A DNA stretch of 39,394 bases from a virus (IMGVR_UViG_2541047825_000011:1-39394), one strand, 5' to 3'; counted from the stretch's first letter, positions 1 through 8,463 are shown. The notes: generated by a model not told the origin, from the sequence alone. Made by a program: numbers and translations.

Positions 1-516
1 ATGAAATTTAAAAAATGTCTTCTGCCTGTGGCAATGTTAGCGTCATTCACTCTGGCAGGATGCCAGTCAAATGCTGATGATCATGCTGCCGATGTTTATC
101 AAACCGATCAACTGAATACCAAACAAGAAACTAAAACCGTTAATATTATTTCCATTCTTCCCGCAAAAGTTGCCGTAGACAACGCCCAAAATAAACGGAA
201 CGCACAAGCCTTCGGCGCGCTTATTGGCGCTGTCGCTGGCGGTGTTATCGGCCACAACGTCGGGTCTGGCAGCAATTCCGGAACGACGGCAGGTGCAGTT
301 GGCGGCGGAGCTGTAGGCGCGGCAGCGGGTTCGATGGTGAATGATAAAACCTTAGTGGAAGGTGTTTCTTTAACATATAAGGAAGGCACCAAAGTGTATA
401 CCTCCACCCAGGTGGGTAAAGAGTGCCAGTTTACGACAGGTTTAGCCGTTGTTATTACCACGACGTATAACGAAACGCGTATTCAGCCAAATACCAAATG
501 TCCTGAAAAGAGCTAA
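1..516 (+). CDS. yfgH: Host outer-membrane lipoprotein with glycine-zipper region (YfgH-like)
   Basis: ATG at base 1, 171 aa; signal peptide ending in lipobox LAGC; Gly/Ala zipper GALIGAVAGGVIGHNVG...GGGAVGAAAG. Symbol assigned from remembered gene order yfgH-yfgI-guaA and matching protein length, not from residue-level recall. Confidence 0.55.
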   Translation: MKFKKCLLPVAMLASFTLAGCQSNADDHAADVYQTDQLNTKQETKTVNIISILPAKVAVDNAQNKRNAQAFGALIGAVAGGVIGHNVGSGSNSGTTAGAVGGGAVGAAAGSMVNDKTLVEGVSLTYKEGTKVYTSTQVGKECQFTTGLAVVITTTYNETRIQPNTKCPEKS

Positions 517-531
517 TAATCAGGAGGAGTC

Positions 532-1071
532 ATGAAGAAAGTTTTTCTTTGCGCCATCTTAGCCTCCTTAAGCTATCCGGCTATCGCCTCATCATTGCAG
601 GATCAACTCTCGGCTGTCGCAGAAGCGGAACAGCAAGGTAAAAATGAAGAGCAAAGGCAGCATGACGAATGGGTCGCGGAGCGCAACAGGGAAATCCAGC
701 AAGAGAAGCAACGTCGCGCAAACGCCCAGGCCGCGGCTAATAAAAGAGCGGCAACGGCAGCGGCGAATAAGAAAGCTCGTCAGGATAAACTGGACGCCGA
801 AGCCACTGCGGACAAAAAACGCGATCAAAGTTATGAAGATGAGCTACGCAGCTTAGAGATTCAGAAACAAAAACTGGCGCTGGCGAAAGAAGAAGCCCGC
901 GTCAAGCGCGAAAACGAATTTATCGATCAGGAACTGAAGCACAAAGCTGCGCAAACCGATGTGGTGCAATCTGAAGCTGACGCAAACAGAAATATGACTG
1001 AAGGCGGTCGCGATCTGATGAAAAGCGTGGGTAAAGCAGAAGAGAACAAATCGGACAGCTGGTTTAACTAA
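532..1071 (+). CDS. yfgI: Host secreted Lys/Glu/Ala-rich coiled-coil protein (YfgI-like)
   Basis: ATG 532 with AGGAGG just upstream; cleavable signal peptide; 179 aa; followed by an intrinsic terminator; symbol by synteny and length only. Confidence 0.5.
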   Translation: MKKVFLCAILASLSYPAIASSLQDQLSAVAEAEQQGKNEEQRQHDEWVAERNREIQQEKQRRANAQAAANKRAATAAANKKARQDKLDAEATADKKRDQSYEDELRSLEIQKQKLALAKEEARVKRENEFIDQELKHKAAQTDVVQSEADANRNMTEGGRDLMKSVGKAEENKSDSWFN

Positions 1072-1115
1072 GCGATGTCAGTAACTTCAAGCCTATGATT
1101 CGTGAGTATAAAAAA

Positions 1116-1142
1116 CCCTCTGTAGTAACAGAGGGTTTTGTT
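1116..1142 (+). terminator. Rho-independent terminator after host gene
   Basis: CCCTCTG-tagtaa-CAGAGGG 7-bp stem followed by TTTTGTT; A-tract upstream makes it potentially bidirectional. Confidence 0.7.
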
Positions 1143-1172
1143 CATTCATAGTGCAGGGTTCAAATCATTCCC

Positions 1173-1208
1173 ACTCAATTATTTACGATAACCATAACCA
1201 ATTGAGTG
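1173..1208. repeat. 9-bp inverted repeat in host/prophage junction gap (candidate attL-proximal element)
   Basis: CACTCAATT ... AATTGAGTG separated by 18 bp, in the about 150-bp gap between the host terminator and the first phage gene. Confidence 0.3.
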
Positions 1209-1289
1209 ATAACATTTTTCCAAATCTCAATTTTTCCCGTACCGTTTTATATACCGTCACCGGAAATCAGTACCATGAAAAATGCCATG

Positions 1290-1772
1290 CTATCTGGTCA
1301 AAGTGTCGTACTGTTTTTCGCAGACTCTTCCGGCTTCGGCTGCCCGGTCAGCATACTCTGCCAGTTGTCTGTTTCTCTCGAGAGATTTGCTGAGCACGTC
1401 GGCAAGCAAAACTCCGGTGTCTGCGGCTGACGACCCAGCGCCGACAATGGCGTTATACTGCCTGAGCTGCTCACGGATGGCAAAGAGTTGTTGCTGCAAC
1501 CGGCCAGCGCTAGCGGCAGCATCAAGAGCATCATTGCGCGCCTGGTCGATCCTCTGCTGAGCTTCACGTTCATTGGTCACTTTCTCCTGTTCGTAGTACT
1601 GACGAACTTTTTCTTCTTCGGCTTTGCAGTCTTCTTTCGCCTGCGCATACCCGGCGTCGTACTGACGGATACCGTGTACATTCCAGGCAACAACTCCTGA
1701 TATGACCAGAACAGCAAGCACTGCCACGATAATCAACTGTTTCCAGTATGCTTTTACGAATGCCCAGATCAT
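1290..1772 (-). CDS. i-spanin (Rz-like)
   Basis: N-terminal TM helix ([18 protein letters not shown]), then Q/E/R/A-rich coiled coil; start overlaps the endolysin stop; contains an embedded out-of-frame lipoprotein ORF. Confidence 0.8.
   Translation of the reverse strand: MIWAFVKAYWKQLIIVAVLAVLVISGVVAWNVHGIRQYDAGYAQAKEDCKAEEEKVRQYYEQEKVTNEREAQQRIDQARNDALDAAASAGRLQQQLFAIREQLRQYNAIVGAGSSAADTGVLLADVLSKSLERNRQLAEYADRAAEAGRVCEKQYDTLTR
1298..1573 (-). CDS. o-spanin (Rz1-like) lipoprotein embedded in Rz
   Basis: ORF lies wholly inside Rz in another frame; signal peptide with lipobox LAGC; Pro-containing mature part; start may be Met1 (1573) or Met14 (1534). Confidence 0.6.
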   Translation of the reverse strand: MNVKLSRGSTRRAMMLLMLPLALAGCSNNSLPSVSSSGSITPLSALGRQPQTPEFCLPTCSANLSRETDNWQSMLTGQPKPEESAKNSTTL

Positions 1773-2398
1773 ACCGCCAGCACCTTACTGGCAGTGACGT
1801 ACCGCGCGCGCCGGTCGTCGATGCCATTCCTGCCACCATTGATAATCAGAGTTACACGTGCAATATCGCCGGTATACTTCATGCAACCTTTGCTGGAGAA
1901 GAACCACGCCGCGCTACGAGCCGCGTATTCGTCCTGCGCCAACAGTTCAGGATTCTCCAGCAGGTCCACTTTCAGGCCGTTTCCGCAATCACGATAGTTA
2001 TTCAAACCGGTAATCTGGATAAGTCCGCGGCCACGGTAATTCCAGCCATCGCCGGGGGCATTGTTCCCCATGCGTTTGCTGTACACCAGATTGGCAATCG
2101 CTCGCTGGCGCTCGAGTGGCAATGGTGGTTCACCAGCATGGCGACCCAGTGCATTAGCCTGCCCCTGAGTGAGACGCCCAGCCCGAACGAAGTTAGCCAG
2201 TCCGCTGACACTGTAGTTGAAATTCTCCTGCAACCTGGTGAAGCCCCCAGACTCATGCCCGACTTGAGCAATAAACATTGCCTGATCTTCTGCTTTGCTG
2301 ATACCAAACTCTTTCATCGCAGAAGTTATATGCGAGAACCAGCGTGCGGCCAGCGCCTCGCTAATACCAGCAGCTCGCTGGAATTGTTTAATCTCCAT
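1769..2398 (-). CDS. Endolysin, glycoside hydrolase family 19 (chitinase-like) fold
   Basis: Track ORF 1769..2629 trimmed to the ATG at 2398 (GAGG 6 nt upstream); GH19-like motifs [10 protein letters not shown] and NFNYS. Confidence 0.85.
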   Translation of the reverse strand: MEIKQFQRAAGISEALAARWFSHITSAMKEFGISKAEDQAMFIAQVGHESGGFTRLQENFNYSVSGLANFVRAGRLTQGQANALGRHAGEPPLPLERQRAIANLVYSKRMGNNAPGDGWNYRGRGLIQITGLNNYRDCGNGLKVDLLENPELLAQDEYAARSAAWFFSSKGCMKYTGDIARVTLIINGGRNGIDDRRARYVTASKVLAV

Positions 2399-2696
2399 GT
2401 TTAGACCTCGATATTTTGAAAATCTGAACAACGTTACCGCGTGTTTTAATAACCGCGGCAAGCATGACAGCGTTGATAATGACCTCAGATAAATCCACAG
2501 CCATTGGCGTGCGTAACCAGATTGCATAGACGACACGAACAGGAATACTGGCCGCAGCAACAATAAGGAAATAAGCAAGCCACCCTCCCCATCTTCGATG
2601 TTGAGAGCCGTTACGCCGGAATGTGACAACGCGAATTGCTATGCCAGTACAAATAACTGCATTGGTGATAAGCAAAAAAAACTCATGCGTTACCAT
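2388..2696 (-). CDS. Holin-like small membrane protein (holin or antiholin)
   Basis: 102 aa with three hydrophobic segments; overlaps the endolysin start and the upstream holin stop. Confidence 0.55.
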   Translation of the reverse strand: MVTHEFFLLITNAVICTGIAIRVVTFRRNGSQHRRWGGWLAYFLIVAAASIPVRVVYAIWLRTPMAVDLSEVIINAVMLAAVIKTRGNVVQIFKISRSKHGD

Positions 2697-3096
2697 CGTC
2701 TTTTCTCCCCGGAATTAAATCGCGTGGATTGTCTGAACGGTGGTAGAGCCATATACCAATACGCACAGCGACAATTGCTGACACGAATGCGCCAGCAGAG
2801 AAAACAATCCCTTTTTCAAAAGAGTCCTGCGTGATGGTAGGGATCAGGCTGGCTATGCCGATAAGAATTGATGCTGCTGGTTTGTAGAAAAGAAGTCCAC
2901 AGAGAAAGCTAAGCATCGATAAGAGTACGCGACGATGAATTGGGTACTCTACCGCAGAGGTAACAAAAATTACCGCACCAGCAAGAGCACCGAGCGCCAC
3001 CTCTGGCGGAACGCCTACGATAACTGCAGCAAGAGAGCTCACACTAAGCCATTGATTTAAAGAATCAGTAGTTAGATGGGCTGACATAATGAACAC
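2683..3096 (-). CDS. Holin-like membrane protein
   Basis: 3-4 predicted TM segments; first gene of the lysis cassette; GTG at 3096 or ATG at 3087. Confidence 0.6.
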   Translation of the reverse strand: MFIMSAHLTTDSLNQWLSVSSLAAVIVGVPPEVALGALAGAVIFVTSAVEYPIHRRVLLSMLSFLCGLLFYKPAASILIGIASLIPTITQDSFEKGIVFSAGAFVSAIVAVRIGIWLYHRSDNPRDLIPGRKDDGNA

Positions 3097-3316
3097 CGTT
3101 TATTACGCATAACAATCTCCTTACTATTGAAGATTCACACATAATAAACCATTTAAGGATAATAGTTACCTCAAAACGCTGTATTTCTACCTTCTACGGC
3201 AATGAAAATTTCGTTCAGAAAATGGTCTAGTGTACCTCTCAGTCACAATTAAAGAAGAAAGAAGCCGAACTTACTTCGTAATAAGCAAGCCGGCTACTAA
3301 GATTAATCCTCAATAT

Positions 3317-6073
3317 TTAGCTACTTTCAAGCATTGCAAGACGTGATTCTATTTTTTCGATTCTTCTACGCAAATAAGCTGACTCAAGCCATAAACACTG
3401 GTCAGTACGGATACCCCACCTATTTCCAGCCTTGCAAACCAGAGTTCGCTCTTCTGTTTCGTATTCTTCTTCCATCTCAATTTCGACGCCATCCACAACT
3501 TTAGTGATCATCCTTACCGCCATCACTGGCGCGTATTTATCATCCCATTCATCGTAACAGAGAAGGCCAAATCTGGTTCCATCAATCCCATGCGCGAGGA
3601 AAGCGTCTCTCACTTGTTGTGCTATAACACCAAAATGCCAGCGGGCACCATCTCCCTTTTCCCTGACGGCATCAAGCCAGCGAAAAGCTACAATCCTGAT
3701 ATCTCCCCATGCATCCAGAATTGCATCACCTTCATAACCACGAGACATATACAAGCTGAGCTCACTTGTACTAATCGGTTCACTTTTTTCTCTACCATCT
3801 GATGTGTTTATCGAACCGTTCGCAGAATAAACCTGTGCCCATCTAAATGATGGTGCACCAAGAGATTTGCTGTTATCAATAATTGGTGAAAAATTACCTT
3901 TAATGGCAATATTTCCAGAGTCGCCGAATATATTAATAACTGCAGAGTCATCACCATGGTTTTTTACGCTTAAGTTTCTTGATGAAATATTTATATCTTT
4001 GTTATATCCACTAACATTAATCCATCTTTTACCATCAATGTGATGCCCGTAAATATTTCCGTTTGATTGTTCGTCAGGTGACTCTCTAAGAACAATAGCA
4101 TCTGCTCCAGACGACCATTGTATTTTTGTATCTGTAGGCCTCCAGTTCTTTATAATGAACGAACCATCAGTAAACTCCGTTTTTATTTGTCTATTGTCTA
4201 CAAATGCGTCTCTTGGTTTAAACTCACTTGTGTTAACGCTGCTCTGAAGATCAGAAGCAAAAAATCTAAGATTTCCTGTATAACCCTGAGTCTCGGTCAG
4301 GTTATACGCAATCATAATTCCATTTTCAAACTCAGATGATGTTATTTTAACATCACGGCAATCACCAAAAATGCAATTTCCTTTATCAAATGTTGTTTGA
4401 GCTTTGAATTTATCAAACCTTAAATTACGAACAGGGAAACCATCAACCTCTAATGCAAAGGATGCAGGAAGGCCAAAGTATTCTGATGGCTTACCTGATG
4501 TATGATCAAGAGTAGTGGCTACTGTATTCTCAAAAACAGTCCCGCTAAAATTATTACCAATTGACGGAAACCTGATTACACTTATTGTACCTTGTATTTC
4601 AGGAGAAATACCAGATAGTGTGATGTTAGTTCCATCAAATGATGCATCTGAATACGTATATACTAATTCACTGCCAGCAATTTTAAACTGTTTAACTGAA
4701 GTTATTCTCATCGACTTTTTATGTTTAAATGTCACTGAGCTTTCAGTATTACTTACAAGATCAATCTGAGGGCTATTCCTTATCGCGATCCCTGACTGGA
4801 CATAAACGTTATTAAAGTGCGTTTTTTCAGGATTTCCCTTCATTGAAAGGCTCCCGTCATTTTCTGTCAGTAGTAGTCCTTTTACCCTCCAATAGCCGAC
4901 AATCTGTACGTTATCAATAACTGAATCACAGCTATCGTATACATGCAACCCTATATCCCAGTCATCACCCAATGAATAAGAATCAGGGTTATTGTATCCT
5001 TCAATACCATTTTTACTTACCATTATTCTCAGGTTGCGTAACTGTGATGCCCTGTTGATACTAACAGCTACGCTCATGGCTTTTGGTGTAGCAGGAGTAA
5101 CACCTACAGAATCTTCATTTGTAAACTCAGTGAACTTACAAGATATCCCTTCAACAATTTTAACTGGTCTTTCATTAGAGATGTTAAAAAAATATTTGTT
5201 TTTTTCTCCATCACCAGTAAATACAAGATGGGTTCCTTTACTCCAACTTTTTAATAATCTTTCAGGCGCTGGTCTATATGTATCCCAATAATCAATGCCA
5301 TCACCAATTAATGACACTCCAGGAGGCACATCTATGTTCTTAGAAATCATCCATTTACCTGCAGGTATTCTAACGACACTTGCACCAGAATTTATCGCAT
5401 TAATTAACCATTCAGACGCATCAACTTCAAAATTTAATGCAGCATATCTTTGCTCAAACGGAACAAAATCAAGAGCGTTAACGTTATCCCGCATCTTATC
5501 CTGGAACGTTCGGTATACTGCTCCAGAACCATACTGAATAAACCAACCAAAACCACCAACAACTCCGGCGATTGCAGCATCAACATAATTACGCATTGAG
5601 CGATTATTTACAGCATCCTGCTCAAGTGATGGATCTGCAAGGTTAGAAATTCTGTTTTGCTTTGCATCGTAATATTTTGCAAGCAAAGATGGTTTCATCA
5701 ATGCACGTCTGAACCACCCAAAACATTGCTGGATCAGCATCGTCAGGTAGTCAAAAGCATCCTCATGAACTTCGGGGAAAAATTTTCCCTGATTGCGAAG
5801 ATCAGTCTCCTGCACCACATCAAGCACACGCTCTATCGTGATTCGCCAGCCAGCAGCAAGCGGCGACGGAAGAACCACTGCACCGCCACTATAAGTTCCC
5901 GCCCCTGTTACCGTATAACCAGCATCCAGCACTAGTTCTGTTACGTTACCGTTAAGGTCAGACACCTGAACAACCAGGTCGGATTTTTTGAAAATACGGA
6001 AGGTATACGGAAATGATGTCGTAACGCCGTTACCTGTGTATTCGTTGTGGTCAACTTCGGTTGAGACCGTCAT
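3317..6073 (-). CDS. Tailspike: T7 gp17-like N-terminal adaptor domain, central receptor-binding region, C-terminal S74-type intramolecular chaperone
   Basis: N-terminus EYTGNGVTTSFPYTFRIFKKSDLVVQV follows the T7 tail-fibre N-domain pattern; C-terminus SDGREK...RIEKIESRLAMLESS resembles the autoproteolytic chaperone of endosialidase-type fibres; central part is markedly AT-rich. Confidence 0.85.
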   Translation of the reverse strand: MTVSTEVDHNEYTGNGVTTSFPYTFRIFKKSDLVVQVSDLNGNVTELVLDAGYTVTGAGTYSGGAVVLPSPLAAGWRITIERVLDVVQETDLRNQGKFFPEVHEDAFDYLTMLIQQCFGWFRRALMKPSLLAKYYDAKQNRISNLADPSLEQDAVNNRSMRNYVDAAIAGVVGGFGWFIQYGSGAVYRTFQDKMRDNVNALDFVPFEQRYAALNFEVDASEWLINAINSGASVVRIPAGKWMISKNIDVPPGVSLIGDGIDYWDTYRPAPERLLKSWSKGTHLVFTGDGEKNKYFFNISNERPVKIVEGISCKFTEFTNEDSVGVTPATPKAMSVAVSINRASQLRNLRIMVSKNGIEGYNNPDSYSLGDDWDIGLHVYDSCDSVIDNVQIVGYWRVKGLLLTENDGSLSMKGNPEKTHFNNVYVQSGIAIRNSPQIDLVSNTESSVTFKHKKSMRITSVKQFKIAGSELVYTYSDASFDGTNITLSGISPEIQGTISVIRFPSIGNNFSGTVFENTVATTLDHTSGKPSEYFGLPASFALEVDGFPVRNLRFDKFKAQTTFDKGNCIFGDCRDVKITSSEFENGIMIAYNLTETQGYTGNLRFFASDLQSSVNTSEFKPRDAFVDNRQIKTEFTDGSFIIKNWRPTDTKIQWSSGADAIVLRESPDEQSNGNIYGHHIDGKRWINVSGYNKDINISSRNLSVKNHGDDSAVINIFGDSGNIAIKGNFSPIIDNSKSLGAPSFRWAQVYSANGSINTSDGREKSEPISTSELSLYMSRGYEGDAILDAWGDIRIVAFRWLDAVREKGDGARWHFGVIAQQVRDAFLAHGIDGTRFGLLCYDEWDDKYAPVMAVRMITKVVDGVEIEMEEEYETEERTLVCKAGNRWGIRTDQCLWLESAYLRRRIEKIESRLAMLESS

Positions 6074-6176
6074 GTTAAATCTCCAGATAGTCGCAGCACC
6101 CGTTGCGCCGCATATCTGGTTATTCTATTACCTGAAAAACCACATATGGATAGAAAGACTGTGAATACGAACAGAT

Positions 6177-6193
6177 ATTACCTTTCGGGTAAT
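6177..6193. promoter_or_regulatory. Operator-like palindrome ATTACC-TTTCG-GGTAAT
   Basis: Perfect 6-bp inverted arms with 5-bp spacer, 17 bp total, in the intergenic region upstream of the + strand antirepressor island. Confidence 0.6.
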
Positions 6194-6229
6194 TTGCAAA
6201 ACGTGCTGGATAGCAAACAAATTATTTGA

Positions 6230-6249
6230 TACTGTATAAATATACAGTT
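6230..6249 (+). promoter_or_regulatory. LexA (SOS) box
   Basis: TACTGTATAAATATACAGTT matches CTGT-N8-ACAG with an AT-rich spacer; about 20 bp upstream of the ATG at 6269. Confidence 0.7.
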
Positions 6250-6268
6250 ATTGCATGGAGAAGATAAG

Positions 6269-6526
6269 ATGCAGCAGTATCACTATCCACTGGAAGACGG
6301 ATTTACCGAAAGGATTCACACGCCGGGAGGCGTCAGGTCACTGGTGGAGGGATCGCACTTGATGAAATTACTCCGGGATCTCGATAAGGATGGATTTAAT
6401 GTCGATGGCCCACTTGCCGAACTGACTGCACTGATTAACTACGTCACCAGCTCACAGATGTCTATGCAGGATCTGCAAACACATCTCGACTATTGTGCCG
6501 AACAATTACGAAAACAAACCAGATAA
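6269..6526 (+). CDS. Small antirepressor-like protein, stand-alone homolog of the C-terminal domain of the adjacent BRO-N antirepressor
   Basis: ATG 6269 with GGAG 8 nt upstream (track ORF starts at TTG 6251); HTPGGVRSLVEGSHLMKLLRDLDKDGFNVDGPLAELT...QTHLDY aligns with HSPSGVLGLTENSLLMNLLNKLQEDGHDVSGAAAELT...QTHAEY of ORF 6840..7532. Confidence 0.65.
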   Translation: MQQYHYPLEDGFTERIHTPGGVRSLVEGSHLMKLLRDLDKDGFNVDGPLAELTALINYVTSSQMSMQDLQTHLDYCAEQLRKQTR

Positions 6527-6555
6527 GGTTTGCAATTACCAAGTGGAGTGCTTAT

Positions 6556-6574
6556 ATTTACCTTTGAGGTAAAT
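6556..6574. promoter_or_regulatory. Operator-like palindrome ATTTACC-TTTGA-GGTAAAT
   Basis: Perfect 7-bp arms; sits in the loop of a longer inverted repeat AAGTGGAGTGC ... GCACTCCTCTT (6541..6591). Confidence 0.6.
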
Positions 6575-6839
6575 TTACATCGCACTCCTCTTGTGCCATA
6601 GTAATCGGGCACTGGCAAAATCCAGTGCCGGGATTGGCGTCCCGAGTTACTACAGAGGCACATATGCCGCATAAGCGGTTTTTTTTATGTGTAAAGCGCA
6701 CCTATTCTATGGTGGGCTGTGTGGGGGCACCGAAAGGTGCGCCGGGTCCTTTGTAGCCGGTTACGCCAACCCTGCACAGTTCACCACCAACCGATTGGCG
6801 TCGGTAGTGGTGATTAACCTAACTACAAAGGTGATCGCC

Positions 6840-7532
6840 ATGAATACCAAACCTTCCATCTTTTCCTTTGAGTCATCCTGCCAGATCCGTATGTTCATGA
6901 TTGACGGAGAACCTTGGTTTGTCACCAAAGATGTGTGCAATGCTTTGAATATTGATGTTACACAAGCGAGAAAACTTGATAAAAAAGGCTGGAACAAAAA
7001 GGGGCTGTATTCAATACAGACCCCTGGTGGAATACAAGAACTATCCATCGTTTCAGAATCAGGTCTCTACATCCTTATTCTGCGTTGCAAAGAGGCAATG
7101 ACTGAGGGAACGAGAGCATTCAGATTTCTTGAATGGGTTACAGGTGAGGTTCTTCCTCAGATCCGCCGCACCGGAAGTTACATTAAAAACTCGCTCCCGC
7201 AGGAAGAACGCATAAAGATGGTTGCCGACCAGGTAGCCAACGCCACGGCGTCAGCAGTAATGCAGGCGATGAAGATAGAGAACAAAACCTACAGCGCCCC
7301 ACTGAAGCCCGGCTACCGTAGCCTGATTCATTCGCCGTCTGGTGTTCTCGGCCTGACGGAGAACTCACTGCTGATGAATCTGCTGAACAAGTTACAGGAA
7401 GACGGGCACGATGTATCGGGCGCGGCAGCGGAGCTGACCACCATGTTCTGCTACATCGTCGGTGTGAGCAAATGCCTGCGTGATATCCAGACGCACGCGG
7501 AGTACATCAACGACAAAGCAGGGTTCTTCTGA
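6840..7532 (+). CDS. Phage antirepressor with BRO-N type N-terminal domain
   Basis: Track ORF 6687..7532 trimmed to ATG 6840 (GGTGA upstream); N-terminal FESSCQIRMFMIDGEPWFVTKDVCNALNI ... ESGLYILILRCKEAMTEGTRAFRFLEWVTGEVLPQIR matches the Bro-N/antirepressor pattern. Confidence 0.8.
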   Translation: MNTKPSIFSFESSCQIRMFMIDGEPWFVTKDVCNALNIDVTQARKLDKKGWNKKGLYSIQTPGGIQELSIVSESGLYILILRCKEAMTEGTRAFRFLEWVTGEVLPQIRRTGSYIKNSLPQEERIKMVADQVANATASAVMQAMKIENKTYSAPLKPGYRSLIHSPSGVLGLTENSLLMNLLNKLQEDGHDVSGAAAELTTMFCYIVGVSKCLRDIQTHAEYINDKAGFF

Positions 7533-7603
7533 CGGGCGGCGGCACAGGGATGTGCCTTTAAATAATTCTGTACAGATTGCAGACTGGGGGTGAATAGCGT
7601 ACT

Positions 7604-7620
7604 ATTACCTCACGGGTGAT
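7604..7620. promoter_or_regulatory. Operator-like palindrome ATTACC-TCACG-GGTGAT (one mismatch)
   Basis: Same architecture as the other sites; upstream of the orphan gene 7761..8396. Confidence 0.5.
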
Positions 7621-7656
7621 CCATAGCGATTAGGCACCGATACAGGAGGAGCCCAC

Positions 7657-7689
7657 ATGAGAAAATTTGACGAGTACGAAGGCGTTTAA
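7657..7689 (+). CDS. Possible 10-codon leader ORF (MRKFDEYEGV)
   Basis: ATG 7 nt downstream of a perfect AGGAGG; lies between two operator-like sites; may be regulatory rather than a protein. Confidence 0.2.
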   Translation: MRKFDEYEGV

Positions 7690-7703
7690 CATTCGGATAG
7701 TTC

Positions 7704-7722
7704 ATTTACCCTAATGGTAAAT
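7704..7722. promoter_or_regulatory. Operator-like palindrome ATTTACC-CTAAT-GGTAAAT
   Basis: Perfect 7-bp arms, about 40 bp upstream of ATG 7761. Confidence 0.6.
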
Positions 7723-7760
7723 CCCGCTTAAAGAAGCATCTATATATTATGAGGTGATGT

Positions 7761-8396
7761 ATGCCACAACAACTGCTGAATCCGGCAAAGGTAACTGAGG
7801 TTTTCGCTCATCTGAACGAAACTCCAGACAACCGCGCCCTGTATTCAGAGTTAGTGAACGGCAACGATGTCACATCTGATGTCAAAGGCGTTTCTCTGGC
7901 TCCTGGATACCGCGTTGTCCGTGTAGACGATCGTAAGAAAGGCGAGATTCCACAGGCGCACTTTGAACTGTCATTGATAAATGACCTCACCGAAGAGGTA
8001 GTGTATTACAATCGTGTCATTATCCAGCCTGACAGCTATCTTAACTGCCGTCCTGTCACGCAGATATTGGTATGGAGAACCCAGAAGCCTAAGCATCGTG
8101 CTGTGCTTCATGATTTCGCCGGCATCATCTTCATGAACTACCTCTTGGAACGGTACGATATCATCGTGTCAGATCGCAACCAGACTCATGAAGGCATGTC
8201 GTTCTGGCAGGCTCGCATGTATGACGCACTGGAACTTGGCCTCCACCTCTATGGTTACGACATGATGACATGCGAGCTGATAGAGATGAATAACGAGGAA
8301 GAGCTTGAGAAAGGTGAAACCTGGTTGTGGGGTGATGCGGAAAACTTCCAAAACAGATTGGCCATAATTTCAAAGCATAAGCTGCCAATAAAATAG
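7761..8396 (+). CDS. Orphan protein of unknown function in the accessory island (211 aa)
   Basis: ATG with GAGGTGA upstream; no TM segment and no motif I recognise; own operator-flanked upstream region and a strong terminator. Confidence 0.7.
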   Translation: MPQQLLNPAKVTEVFAHLNETPDNRALYSELVNGNDVTSDVKGVSLAPGYRVVRVDDRKKGEIPQAHFELSLINDLTEEVVYYNRVIIQPDSYLNCRPVTQILVWRTQKPKHRAVLHDFAGIIFMNYLLERYDIIVSDRNQTHEGMSFWQARMYDALELGLHLYGYDMMTCELIEMNNEEELEKGETWLWGDAENFQNRLAIISKHKLPIK

Positions 8397-8403
8397 TTCT
8401 TTA

Positions 8404-8426
8404 AGCCCGCGACGCGGGCTTTTTTG
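8404..8426 (+). terminator. Rho-independent terminator of the + strand island
   Basis: AGCCCGC-gac-GCGGGCT followed by TTTTTTG. Confidence 0.8.
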
Positions 8427-8463
8427 TGTCTGCGGATTCCCGCCCGGGCGGCGGTGGCATTCG

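Noticed and set aside
1748-2404. 218-aa + strand ORF overlapping the endolysin gene
   Set aside because: It lies antisense to a well-supported GH19 endolysin, has no RBS and a low-complexity translation; taken as a shadow ORF.
6687-6839. N-terminal 51-codon extension of the antirepressor ORF
   Set aside because: The BRO-N homology starts at the ATG at 6840, which has a good RBS, and the extension overlaps a terminator-like T-run; treated as untranslated.
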